Notes under the pieces: generated by a model
What the model was told of the DNA's origin: nothing
The model's database searches: none
Seen by the model: the letters and a program-made list of their open reading frames with translations, nothing else
Shown here: positions 38,201 to 50,740 of the stretch, piece after piece
How the letters are laid out: each line of letters opens with the position of its first letter
Position numbering within the stretch: position 1 is the first letter of the stretch
NCBI GenBank assembly: GCA_050273025.1
Contig: CP158635.1
Location: 12,400,001 to 12,464,000, forward strand
DNA: 64,000 nucleotides
Source: Cenococcum geophilum
Taxonomy: Eukaryota
Direction of reading: 5' to 3'
Position numbers and translations under genes: made by a program

Positions 38201-41200
38201 TTAAGACGGACTATAAGAACCTAATAGGATTCCTTATAATAAAGGAACTTAACTAAAGATAGGTTAGATAGGTGGAGATACTTATAAAATACTATTTTAA
38301 GATTTAGTATACTAAGGGTATAGATAATATATAAGTAGATGCTCTAAGTTATAAAGCTAAACTACAAAATAATAAAAAGCTATTAGGGGCTTTACTGCAA
38401 AAAGATATAGATGGATTAATTAGATATAACTATCCGAAAATTATAGTAACTTAAGAGGAGTTAGAAAAAGTCTACAAGATACTAGAGAGCTTTTGGGTAT
38501 AAAGAATTCTAGAGGTATAACTAGAAGATCTATAAATAGATATATATAAAAATTAAGAAATGAAGTATATCCTAAGAAGCATAGTAGAGCAATTTATAGA
38601 GGACTTCTATAAGGGAATAACTTAAGGACATAATAGAGCTACGGGCTTAGTGTTAAGACTCTAAGAAAAGTACATTATTAATAAAATCTAGGGACTAGCG
38701 TAAAAAGTTATAAAGGAATATTTAGATTGCTAAAGAAATAAACTAATAAGGCATAAGCTATATAGAGGGCTATAACCTATTAAAACACTAGAGAGACTAT
38801 AGGAGGTTATATTATAGGACTTTATTATTAAGTTACTAAAGTTAAGAGATCCTATTACTAGATAAGATTATAACGCGATTTTAGTAATAGTAGATAAGCT
38901 TATAAAGTGGGGATACTTTATAGCATATACAGAAGAGATATTAGTAGAAGATATCGCTAAAATCTATATTAAAGAAGTATTCGCAAGATATAGAGCATTA
39001 AGTAAGATTATATTAGACAGAGATCTAAGATTTATAGTAATATTTTAGGAAGTGTTCTTAATAGAGTAAGGAGTTTAAGCAGTAACTTCCACTATATATT
39101 ATCCGCAGACAGACGGTTAAATAAAAAGACTAAACTAGACACTAGAGCAGTATCTAAGGCACTATATTAATTACGTATAGAATAATTAGGTATTATTATT
39201 ACCAGTTATATAGTTCGTATATAATACGACACCTTAAGAAGAAATAGGTATATTACTATTTAAGGCAAATTACGGATATAAGCTAAGAATATTATTATTA
39301 CTATAATAAGTGAAGAAGATAAGTAGTATAGCTAAAGAAAGAATAAAGACGTTAATAAATCTTTATATAGACCTTAAGGAATTAGTAAAAGGAGTATAAG
39401 AGAGAATAAGAAAGTACTATAATGCTAAGAGATCTAAGGGACCAGATCTTAAGGAGGGAGATAAAGTATAGCTACTACACAAAATTTTTAAGAGTTAACG
39501 ACTAAGTAAGAAGTTAAACTACGTTAGACTAGGACCTTTTAAAATTAAGTAAAGGATTTCACCAGTTACGTTTAAGTTAAACCTACTAGCTAAAATAAAG
39601 ATCTACCCTATATAGCATATTATAATATTAGAGCCAGTATATAGGAATATTAAGCCACTAATTTATAAAGCGGACACGTATAGAGGACAAGAAGAAGATA
39701 AATAGCAAGTTTTAAAGATTATTAGTTATAAGGACATTAATAACAAAATATAGTATAAGGTTAAGTAGATAGGCTATATTAAGACTACCTAGGAACTACT
39801 AGAGAATTTAAAAAATACTATAAAAAAGGTATAGGAGTATTAGAAGAAATTAGGTTAGGCAGCATTAATAAAGAAGGATTACTAAAGAATGAGTTACCTA
39901 AGGGGGACCTAAGAAGAGCAGTTACCGAGCTATTTGGACCTATTTCCTTCTCTATTGGAAGAGAATCTATTCTTTTATTACTAAGTTCCTATAAACCTTA
40001 TTTTATAAGTTTTTACTCCTTAGAATAAACCTTTTTACGCACCTTCTTAAAATAGATTAACTAAGTAGACGCCGTAAGACGAGACTTAAGGGCCCGTTGC
40101 TAAGCATCGGCAGCCTCCCGTTTAGCGTCCTAAGAACGGCGCAATTTAGCAAAAGTAATAGATAGCTTATTATCTAGCCGCATAGCAGCAAATTAAATAT
40201 AAGACCCTAAAATAAATTAATTAGGGAACTAGACAACTATTAAGAGTAATAGGTTATATATATTTAGCATTAAAGATAGAGCGAACGTTATAGGACAAAT
40301 AAATATTTGCTTTAGTGCACTTTAAGTAAGAAAACGGTTGTTATAAAGATAGGTTCGCCAATATAATATAAACCAACCCCTCTTTCAAATAGCAAAAATA
40401 TAAAGACGGTATAATCTTACTAAGAGACAATATTGTAGCGATAGTGCGAATACGACAAGCAGTTAAAGAAGAAGAAATTGCTTTAGGTATAATAAGCAAT
40501 AATATTAACTAAATTAATTAGACGGATATTACACCTCTAGTAAACAACTTAGAGATATTAAAAATCTTTAAGGATAAAGATAAAAAGGAGGGAGATAGTG
40601 TTACGGACGCTTTAAGTATAATATTATAACTACTTAGGGAAGAGTTGGAAGAAGCTAGTTGGTTAATTTAAGCATAGTCTAGGATAGAGCCGATAGAACT
40701 ATATGACGAGGAATAGTAACTAAGGTTATATGGGGTAATCTATATAATCTATAGGATCTATATAATCCATAATAGAGTAGATAGAGTATACGTATATTAT
40801 ATATAAGAAGGATTTTATAGGAGTACAGTTGTGTATTTAAGGACCCTTAATCCCTACCTAGATAGTTCCTTCCTTATAGTAATTCTTAGAATATAATTAG
40901 AGTTAATCTATTAGGTAACCACTCCACTAGTTATTATTACGTTGTTAACTTCTATACTTGCATTACCTATATACCTAGCCCAATAATAAGCCTATTGTAG
41001 TTCCTGCTATAAGGTTCCGTTATATATAGCGTCTTAAAGATAAAGTTCTTATACTTATTTTAACTTTTTAGTTAAAATATTATGCTATTAAAATCCTTAG
41101 CAATCTTATTAAACTTATTAAGGTCTTAAGCTAGAGCTAGCCTTTTATATAATAATATACTTCTAGGCGTAGAACTCTTATTCCAATATCTTTCCTAAAG

Positions 41201-42996
41201 CTCTTTAACGCTGTTAAGTATAGGCTTACGCTACTTTTTCTTCTAAACCTGCTTAATATATCTTATATAATAGGCTAGATAAAGAATAAGTACAGTGGCG
41301 TAAAGGGGCAAGTTATCTATTTTATAATAATATTTATTAAAGATATTCTAAGTATTTTTAATGCGTTTAGAGAACTCCTTATTAAATATATACTCCCTCT
41401 ATTATATAATATTAGCTAAATTAAGAAATAAAAAGGGGGGATAAACTAACCTAGGATTTATTAAGGTGCTTAATTATAATATTTATTATAAAGAGTATAT
41501 TCTTAAGCGTTGCTTTATATCCTTAGTATTTTAGGGTTACCTGGTAAAATATCTAAAGAAAACTTTTTATTATATAAAGCGCCTCCTAGTTCTTTAGACT
41601 AAGATAGTCCTTTTTAAGCGTATTAAGGTTATGCTTAGTATATATATTAAGGGCAAACTCTTTCTTAATTGCTACGCTAAGCATAAAATACTAGCTATTC
41701 CATTTTATATAATTATTAAGCGGAATTCTTCTCCTTATAAGACTTTTAAACTCCCTTATATAACTAGCTAAGCTATAGGTATATATAGTAATATTATAAA
41801 GCTTTTTAAGTACGCCAAGTTTCTAAAATATATTACTTTTTTCTTTCTCCTCTTTTGGATCTAACTCTTTTTCTTTTACCTTATCTTCTTTATACGACTT
41901 AATATTATTAAAACTAATTAAGTTTTTAAAGAGGAAAGCCTATATGGTAAGGTTAAGAATATAACCCTAATAGCGGATCTGTTAGTAGACAGGATTCTAT
42001 TTAATTCCTTCTTTTTAAAGAAGCTAGTTACTTATTATATAATAGAGCTTATTATTTATAATATAGTTATTAGATATAATGGCACCCAGCTTTTATATAA
42101 TCCTATAGTCCTTAAGCACTAAAAGAAAAGTATTTTATTGCTCGTTCCCGCTATAGGAGGCTACTATACAGAGGCCGAGAAGAGCGTTTATAAGCTTTTC
42201 CTAACTGTCTATAAAATGGCCGCAAATTATAAGAAGAAGGTAATTATTTAAAGAGGTCTAGATATTAATAGAGAGATAAATACTTATTAGTGTAGACTGC
42301 AGCCTCTTTTATATAATATCCTTTTATAATAGCTATAAGTTATAAATCTTTTTACTAACTGTTAAATAGGCTATAGTTATATGGCCGTTTACTTTAGGAT
42401 TAATTAACTATAGAAGAATATAGAACTCTAGCTACTTAACTATTTAAAATAGTAAGTTTTATATAATAATTAATGTAACAAGGGCCTTATTAATAACTTT
42501 TTTATTTAGGATTACTTGGAGTACTTCTAAATCTAGCTCTTCTATCTTATTTTAAGATGACGCTTTAAGGTAAAGGTCTTTTAATTAATCCTATATTGCT
42601 TCTTTTATACAACTAGTTTTAGGCTTAACTATAATGCTATACTTTAACGCTAAGTAGTTTTGGAAGTTGGAAGTTAACTATATAGCGTATAACTCTATAT
42701 AGTGTTTACAATAGAATAAAAGATGGGCTTTTTTATTTTATATAGGCTTATTACTGCCTAGTAGACGGGTATGCTCCTATGTTAAAAGAGCTGAGCAACC
42801 TCTTATATTTTTTAATTTAGAGGTATTAATAGAGTTAAGAGCTTTTGATTCCACTTCTAAAGTTATATTTTATACGATAATAAAGAAGAAGAAGGCAACT
42901 AAAAATTTATTTGGGGTATGCCAAGACTTATCGCGATAAGGATATCTATTGTGCCTTATCGCGATAAGATTTATCCAAAACAACCCTGCTCTTCGC

Positions 42997-43740
42997 AGCG
43001 TATCCTCTTGTCAGCCGGACATACCAGGTCAGGAACAAACTCGTGTAAGGATTGAAATCTACGTAGATGCAGGCTTATATACAGGCAGTGTAGTACCCCC
43101 CATAGGGGTCCCTGGAGAGCGGTGAAACTAAGCTAAAACTGGGCTAAAACTGACGTCTAACAAGTCGACACCTCTCCCTTTGCGGATAAAACGACATGCT
43201 GTCGCAGCCTAGATAAATAGACCACTGGTATTTGGAACCAGCCGTCTAAGAGCTTGCTCGCTTAACCGGCCGGCTTTAAGAGTTTATTCCTGTCTAATTA
43301 ATCTTAATTTATAGTCTAGAAAAATAGAAAAATAATCGTCTATAATAGCCGCATTTAGTATTATAAAGGATAAAGTTGTGGTACTTAGCAGTAGGAATCT
43401 AGCAGAAGCTGTAGCGGATTAGAACCTCTAGTCTACTTATAATTAGCACCCGCAGCCGGACCTTCTTTAGCGATCGAGCCTTATCTCAGAGTCGCAGAAC
43501 AATTTGCATGTTGTTTTTACCTTTATATTCGTCTAAAGCATCCAACACTATAATATACGATAGGTACGTGTTACCGCCGTTTAGCTTTAAAAGTAATCTA
43601 AGTACGAGTTGGCGGTATTAATCTGCGAGGGACTAGCTTATGATAATACTACACTCTATAAGAATATTACGAATGTACCGCTGGACTGGCAGAATGTATA
43701 TCGCAAGCTGTATAGTAATAGTAGTAATAAACTTTAGTAA
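42997..43740 (-). pseudogene. NACHT-WD40 NLR, 5' part (NACHT domain remnant)
   Basis: KFITTITIQLA...SLAD*YRQLVLRLL.KL...YIIVLDALDEY (Walker B)...ARSLKKVRLRVLIISRLEV.IRY. Continues the 20100-21634 pseudogene across the hAT insertion. P-loop and N-terminal domain not found. Confidence 0.78.
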
Positions 43741-44372
43741 ACTCGTGGATATTATTAAGAGTAAGCCGTATAGAGTCGTACAGCTTTAACGGGAGTAGGT
43801 TAAGAGCTGTAGTGGAGGTAGGGAAAGGTAAGGCAAATGCAAGGTATTAATTTAGGTATAGACGCGCACTAGATGTAAACAGGTTAAACGCATGTGATGT
43901 TTTAACTTTAAGTGGAAGGGTCTAAGCCTTTTTAGGCAGGGGTGTACGCATATCAGTTAGGGGGCGCATTAGTGATTAATGGCGCCCTAAATTAAAAGGC
44001 GTATTTGCTGCGAACGGTAGGAGGCTAAGCGGATTTTCTCGACCTATTACAGCCTGTACGAGCTTTGGCTTCTCCCCCCCCCTGGCGCGCAGCGGTATAT
44101 ATCTAATTTCGCTAAACCTGCAGCTAAATTAGTATGTAGGGCTAGTAGGAAGAGGTGTAGTGTGTGGCCCTGGCTTGGGCCACTAGAGCCACCTCGAATT
44201 TGAAGCTCAAATCTGAAGCTATTCGTGACTTGCCTCCCTTACCAAAACCGTGATATTTGCTCCAGATTGTGGTGTATTAAAGCTTCTTTCTCTCCTTAAT
44301 ATAAGCTCCAAACGTATAGCTGCTGCCTCTATTAGTAGTCCCTCTGGCCGCCTACCTATATAACGATTTCAA

Positions 44373-46056
44373 ATGTCACTAATATAACCTTCCTTATTAA
44401 TCGCCCGCCCACCTACTTTGACATAAAGCTTAAGTATAAGTACGGTGGTAACTCTCCCACCTGTATATAGTAGCCAAATTGGTATACAGTTCGAGTATCC
44501 TCTATAGTCTATATACGAGGGCCTATATACGTCGCAGCAGGCTGCCTTATTTGCTATGGGTGAGCTTAATAAGATCCTAAACGATCTAGCAGCTGCTAAG
44601 GAGTATAATAATAAGGAAGTTTGACACTTTTACTACCTACAAGGTTATGATGCGGTAAGAGCTCCTATACAACCTCTATAATTCTTATAGTATATGAATA
44701 TAGCTCCCCTTACATTGCTAAGTTAATCGTATACTTAAAGGCCTTTGTTAGCAGAGGCCTTAACACCTAAATCTTTAGTAGAGAGGGAGGAGAATTTGGC
44801 TCTAAGGCTTTGAATAGAATAGGAAGAGCAGCTGGCCAAGCCTTCTAGTAGAGGTTCCTTCTTTAAATATCGCCTCTTAGTAACTGCCAAGATTAAGAAG
44901 ATAAATCGCTTAGATTATTTCCTAACTTATACATTTCCTAAGGCTCGCCTTTATCTCTTAGTTATATATAACCGCGAGGTTCTTCCTAAGGTTAATAAGG
45001 CTCTGCAGCGGAAGTACGCTGGCTGTACTTTTATAAGTAATGGGTGTAATAGTATTATAAAGGTTCTTAGGCGATTAAAAGGCTCCTCTAAAGCTACCTT
45101 CTAATTTAATCCTAGCTATATAATAGATTGGCTTAATTCCGAGAGTGAGCTTATAAGGCTAGCGAGAGCCTATTACGATTGCCCTAGTGACATAATTAAG
45201 AAGCTTAAAGTTAAGCTTACTCTTAAATATATTAAGACTATAGGATAGTAAGCTCCTTATCCCTTTGGCCGCTCTTTTATAATAATATAATTGGCTTTAT
45301 AATTGGCTCCGGAATCCTTATAGAGCTCTCTACTAACTACGCCGCAGTATACGGCTAGTAATCTTGCGGCTTCCTCTATAGACCCTATAGCGAGCTTTAT
45401 AAAGATATTTTAAAGGTAGTAATGTTATAAGAACTGTGGTAGTAACTGGTGCTAGGTGTATTAGTAAGTCAACTATAGGCTTATATAAGAGGATATAAAG
45501 AAGTGGGCTTAGGTAATGGATAAGGGCCTTACTACTAAATATACTCCTCCCGTTAAGTTAATATAGAAGCTTTTTAATAAGAGGATAAGTAGTAAGAAGA
45601 AAGAAGAGCTTACTACTAAGGCTTCTATACCTAGTACTCTAGGTGTAGTTAATTAATTCTATATTAACCCTATGGGTAGTTACTATAGGCGCCTATCTAT
45701 ACCTTTAGCGGCCTCTCTCTTAAGCCTAAAGTTGTTGCTAATTGCTCCTCTACCGCGCGCTTAAGGCCTTAATCGGCTTGCTAATTTACGGGAGTAGTAT
45801 AAGTAGGCAGTATAAGAGTTAGAGGACTGGTAGGAAGATATTGAGGCCGTATATTAAGTGGTATTTAAGAAGCGGTGGGACTTAAAGATGATTTAAGAGT
45901 AGAAGCTAAATAAGTAAGGAAAGACGCTAATTAAGGTAATGATTGAGGTAGGCGTTCTAGAGGCAATTACTAAGAGATTATAAATAGATATCAAGGAGTG
46001 GAGGGCTTTGAGAGGCCTTAGTGGTAGTAACTTTAAGAGCCTTACACTTAATTAGT
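44373..46056 (+). pseudogene. RIP-inactivated ORF of unknown function (about 560 codons) with a C-x3-C-x4-C-W-x6-H motif
   Basis: Appears to be one frame broken only by stops that revert to Gln, Trp or Arg. De-RIPed core C..NCG.NWCWV.QQVNHRL.QED.KKWAQ.MD.GL.T..TPP. Confidence 0.55.
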
Positions 46057-46789
46057 AGTAGATTTTTTAACTTAAGCCTATATCTGCTTATAGGCACCTA
46101 TTATAATATATACTTTACTAGTAATCCTTATATAAATTGTATATTGTAAGTATAGAAGGTAGCTATACTAAGCTTTATACGTAAAGATACCTTACTCCCC
46201 CCTACTAATATAACCGCTATGGCGGAAATAGGCTCTTGCGCTCTTACCTTTGCCTCCTACTACCTCTATATACTAGCTTAGAAAGCTTTTAAAGCTATTA
46301 CCCTATTACTTTAGCGCCTCCTTCTAAGAAATAAAGTATTGCCGAATAAACTCCTTTAGTTTACTCTATTAAAAAAGAAAATGGAGATTTGACTGCCGTT
46401 TTTGGAGGGTTCTGTCGCCATTTTTGGAGGTCACGTTACTAAAACTCCCCACCGCCCTAAGCCTTTTGCTTACCGGTCTAACGTTAAGCCTCTCACTTAC
46501 CTAGCCTGTGCCCCGTTTTTTACAGGCAGACCAGTTCATCCAGAAGTATAACCCTTTTACGCGCCTAGCGCTGAACCTATATATACTCCATAGCTCCTAC
46601 CTCTAATCCGTTTAACCTAGGCCCCGTTTCTCTTATTCTTTACCCTCCTATCTCCTTAACCCCACATTACTCTCTATACCCTTTCCGCTGTCACTACCCT
46701 AAGTTCTCTTCTAGCTCCCTAAAATACGGCGCGCTTAATTATTAAATTGCAGCTTATTATCCAGCGTTACTAACAATAAGTATATAGAT

Positions 46790-49185
46790 ATGGATAGCGA
46801 CGGTAATAGCTACCGGATAAAACTAACCGTCCTCGATAGTAATACCGACAGCACTACTAAATCTAAAAATGCTTACGAAGTATCCGCTCAAGCATGGCTT
46901 TATAAAAATTAAGACCATCTACTAGAATATTACCTCAAACAGTTAGAAGAGTTTAAGAAATCTAATTTTACGACGCAGAACTACGCCGATGCCACTATAG
47001 CTCTCCTTAACCGCATTAAAGAACACTAGCATTAGTAAGTAATAACCTATTTAGCGGCTTCTTCTTAGGCCTAACTTAGCAGAGAGCTAATAATTTCTAG
47101 ATACTGCACCTATATAGGGAAAGACCCTAAGAAAACGTACCGAGTCCTCTCGCTTCGGCTCCTTTATAGCTTCTTTAACTAGTCCCTAAACTAGAAACGA
47201 GGAAAAGGTAGTAGAAAATGGTGCAGGACAAAGGTTTCTAGCTCGCTTAGCCTATACTAGAAGTACTATCGCCTTATATACAAGAGAGCGACCGAAGGGA
47301 AAATTGTTAGTAAACTAAACCGCTAGATATATAAGGTAATTACATTCCTAGTTAATCCTTTAACCTAGTAAGGTAAGGCAGAGCTAAGATATCTTTCTTA
47401 GGTACTTTAGAAACTGGCGGAGAAACATAGTCTAAGCAAAAAAAAGTAAGAAAAGACTATTATAGACGCGGAGGATCTCGCCCTAGTCCTTAAGACTAAC
47501 TTAGTTACAATAAGGAAGCAATATATAGTTAGACAACATTAGATATAAGTGCATTTCTTAATATAACTAGGTCTTTACACTGCGAGCTGACCTAAAGCTC
47601 TTCTAAACCTATGCTACTAACATATAATAATTACACTTATTTATAACCTAGAAGGCGGGCCTTATAAGATCGTGCCTAAGTTTATATTTGAATTTACTAA
47701 GGAATATCTTAGCATGAAAGAAGCGTATATTCCCTTTCTACCCCATTCCTCTCCTTACGCTTACAGAGAACCAGTAATACTTTCCCAATTCCTAAGATTA
47801 TCTTTAACCCTTCGCTTATTCTTAGCCCTTACGTCTTTCTCCTAGGCCTTCTTTTTACGGACAAAGCTTTTACGGCCCCTAATCTAACGTCCGTAGAGCA
47901 GCTTAGCAAGCTATATATTAAGCCTAGGCGTAATAAGTTGCCACTACCACTCCGTTTAGACCTAGATAATATCCCTATATTTTGGCGATTAATTAAAACC
48001 CCCTACGGCCATAAGGTCTTACTTAACTAGCCTTTACTATACTTAACTCTTTTGCCCTAGATTAAGGACCTTAGCGCAATTACGGGATTTTAGTAGGTTA
48101 CGCGCCTATATAGTCTCCATTACGGCGTAGGCAAGGCATTTAATAAGAATGGTAAGTTCTATTATATAGAGCTAGTTCTACTAAAACCTTTTTAACGCCT
48201 ATACTACCTAGGTAACGTAAGTAACGCCTTCCGGAACCTAATAATATAGTACGCCGACGCTCAAACGTTCCTAAAGCACTACCTTTCGCGGCGTGTTAAC
48301 GTAGATACATAAGTAATCGTTTAAGGCTTAGAGCCTTAAGAAAAGTTAATAAAAGTAGTATACTAAATAAGCCGATTAATTAACCCGCGGCGGCCACAGC
48401 ACCTAATAATAAAACAATCCTTATTGGTAAACGAGAACCCGCGTATTCGTTCCTTAATCGAAGTTTAAAATAAGCTAAAGCTTAGCCTTAAGCGCAAAAC
48501 CGCAGGAAGTACAGAATACCAAAAGCTTAGCCGAGAAATCACAAATAAAAGGCAACGTTAGAGAAATGCGCTATTAGAAAATATTAAGAAGAATTAGGAC
48601 AACGAACAAGCTATAATTAATATTAAGCGGCAACTTTCTAAAGTTACATTTAGCAAGGATATTAAAGCAACCTTAAAATCTAATAATAATAGATCGGCCG
48701 AATATAAACGCCTTATTAAAGTGATTATAACGCTACCTGGCACGTCACTAAAAGATAAGATATGCAGACGCAATAATGCCATTAATGCAGTTATAGATTA
48801 CTGCAATATTAAGAAAGGCAGAGCGTATCGGCTAAGTCATTGCCAGAGACAGTCTAGGGTAGGTGTCGCCCTTAGCTAAGTTAAGATTAAAGAAGATGCC
48901 AAGATTTTAGAAGCGGCTAAAGCGCTAGAGAGTGCAAAGTTATCCTTATTTAAGGAGAAAAGACCAAAGATATACTTTATCTGCCTTGGGAACCAAAAGC
49001 TACTAATTAGCAAGCGCATATATAGGTTCCATACTCCAACTACTTTTACGAAGCATTTTTGACAAGCGCATCTCTCTAAACTCCTATAGTAGGGTAAGAT
49101 CGAATATAACGTTTGCGAAGTAACCCTTAAGCATAAAATGCATCTTTAGAACCATACGCTTAGTATATATGGGACCTTTTCCTAA
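46790..49185 (+). pseudogene. DUF3435 tyrosine recombinase (Starship captain), RIP-inactivated, intron-containing
   Basis: De-RIPed: DHPPEYYLKQLEEF..., SSLGLYWKYYRLVY, TASRPEALLNLCY (first catalytic R; CGA>TGA at ~47588), FEFTKEYLG, IIFDPSLILSPHVFLLGL, RPYSLRYGAG (~48105), LMMQHADARTFLKHYLSRR (catalytic Y, ~48280), MSRSIDPRRP, and C-terminal CFICLGN...KHF...H...C.VC...HLQNH...HG. An upstream exon is possible. Confidence 0.88.
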
Positions 49186-49305
49186 TTATTACGCGCTTAT
49201 CTTATTATTCTTTACTACTTTTTATTTCATTTTAGTCTGTTATTATCCAATCCTATTCTAGTATTTAGTAGAATAGATGTAATAACTGGGATTTTATAAT
49301 TCGTC

Positions 49306-49423
49306 TGGGGGGGCAAGGGGTAATAGGTGAGGTAAGGGTAAGAGTAAGGTAAAGGATAAGATAAAGGGTGGGGTGAGGGGTAAGAGGTAAGGGGTAAGGG
49401 GTAAGGGATAAGGGGAGGGGAGG
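49306..49423 (+). repeat. G-rich (GGGGTAA-like) degenerate repeat downstream of the captain
   Basis: Runs of GGGGTAA/GGGTAA/GGGGAGG. Confidence 0.75.
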
Positions 49424-49789
49424 CTGATAGGAGATAGATAATACAGTTGCTATATAATATCTGACGGACCGACTATAGACGAGATATACATTTAAATTTC
49501 TTAAATCAACCCAAATAGAGAAAGGAAGAGAAGTATTATATAATAACTTCCTACCTAAGCCGATCTCCTAAGCTATATATCTTTACTTATGCATAATACT
49601 CGCACCTTTTATAATAAAGTATATAAGGGTAATTAGGGTCGAATAGATAACTGCTCTCCTTAATATAATATATAAACTCGGCTTTGCAACCAATATTACG
49701 ATAGGTCCTAGTCGTATAGAGGGTATTAAGACAGTTATTAATGTTTTCGCTTTTACGCTTAGCCGCGGCGCACCTCGCCTTGGCGGATT

Positions 49790-50740
49790 AAAGTAGTAAT
49801 TTTATTTATTATAGCTAGGATTAAACAGCTTAAAGTTTCTGTGTGAAATTTTCCTCTATATCCTTAGATGCGGTAATCGTTGTCCGTATAATACCGATAG
49901 CGAAATCGCTTATAACGTCTAGCTCTGTGAAGTCCTTAAGTTTGATAAGCTCTTTAATGTGCTTGGCCGCTGTTAAGGTAATTATATTATATAATGCTAA
50001 GTCGCCTATTAGGCTAAAGACATCCTTAATAATATTAGGGAACCCATTTGCAGACCAGCCGGTTCCTAGAATGTATTGGATTTTTATATTCGCAAGCTCT
50101 TTTAGCTGTGGTATATTGTAATAATCGGCAATTATATTAATATAGACGTGGCGAAGTATAATATAGGCCGTTGTCGGCCGTATCGTTGTGTCTTTATTAT
50201 CGCCACCGCTACTATTTAGTTTAGATGGCGATAAGGCATCGGCGTTGTCGAGTTACGCTACCTCTAATTCTATAGATTAAAGCTTAAGTACGGATAAATT
50301 GGATTAGCGTGCGAATATATCCCTTACCTTAGCCGAGCTTTTCCATACTTATAATATTGGATTTTTGCTCCTCCTTGCCATTATTATAGTCCCTCTTATA
50401 TATAAATTGGATTATTCTCTTAACGGTACCGGAATTGAACTCGTTGATATTTATAATATTAGTCGCTACCTCCTACCCGTTAGTGAGTTCCTAGTTAGGG
50501 TCAATTTCATTAGATGTTTGGTTGGCTTTTACCTAAAAACCTCTATTATAGGCAGCTGTAAGTACAGGAGATTAGGTGCATATAATTACTTTATAGACTT
50601 TAAACTCTAGCCCCTGGTATATAAGTTTTAAGTCGCTATATTTCTCGCTGTCTATAAGCTACGCTAAGCCGAGTAGAACATTTTTAGATAATATATTTTA
50701 TTAGTTTTCTTTTCTAGTTCTAGTTTTAACTGCGTCTTGA
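49790..50740 (-). pseudogene. BTB/POZ-domain protein, RIP-inactivated
   Basis: LIDSEKYSDLKLIYQGLEFKVYKVIICT*SPVLTAAYNRGF* / EVATNIINI.EF...TV.R.I.F.Y..DY ... LRHVYINIIADYYNIPQLKELA, a typical fungal BTB protein. Confidence 0.8.

Larger units (their letters stand above)
22233..41024 (+). mobile_element. Ty3/Gypsy chromovirus LTR retrotransposon, RIP-inactivated, 5' LTR interrupted
   Basis: 5' LTR 22233 to about 22481 (truncated); complete 3' LTR 40599-41024 preceded by PPT AAAAGGAGGGAGATAG; 5-bp TSD TATAG. The pol remnant has PR (ALIDSGA, ~36595), RT (LRLCINYR; YLNN=YLDD, ~37560), RNase H (ETDA, ~38000), integrase (~38600-39300) and chromodomain (~39700-39840). Confidence 0.92.
21635..42988 (-). 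mobile_element. hAT DNA transposon inflated to 21.35 kb by nested insertions
   Basis: TIR CAGGGTTGTTTTGGATAA / TTATCCAAAACAACCCTG; 8-bp TSD CTCTTCGC at 21627-21634 and 42989-42996. The RIP-mutated transposase is on the minus strand at about 41030-42650 (de-RIPed KLGAIVSDN, RIRCQGHILNLAVQAFLF, TRWNSW), and its tail is expected at about 21980-22232. Confidence 0.92.

Noticed and set aside
43740..44100. N-terminal amyloid (R0) motif or HET domain of the NACHT-WD40 pseudogene
   Set aside because: Only a faint MRL...IHEF-like stretch is visible; no HRAM-like motif or P-loop can be recovered.
49306..49423. Telomeric repeat
   Set aside because: Not TTAGGG; irregular GGGGTAA-like units at an internal position.
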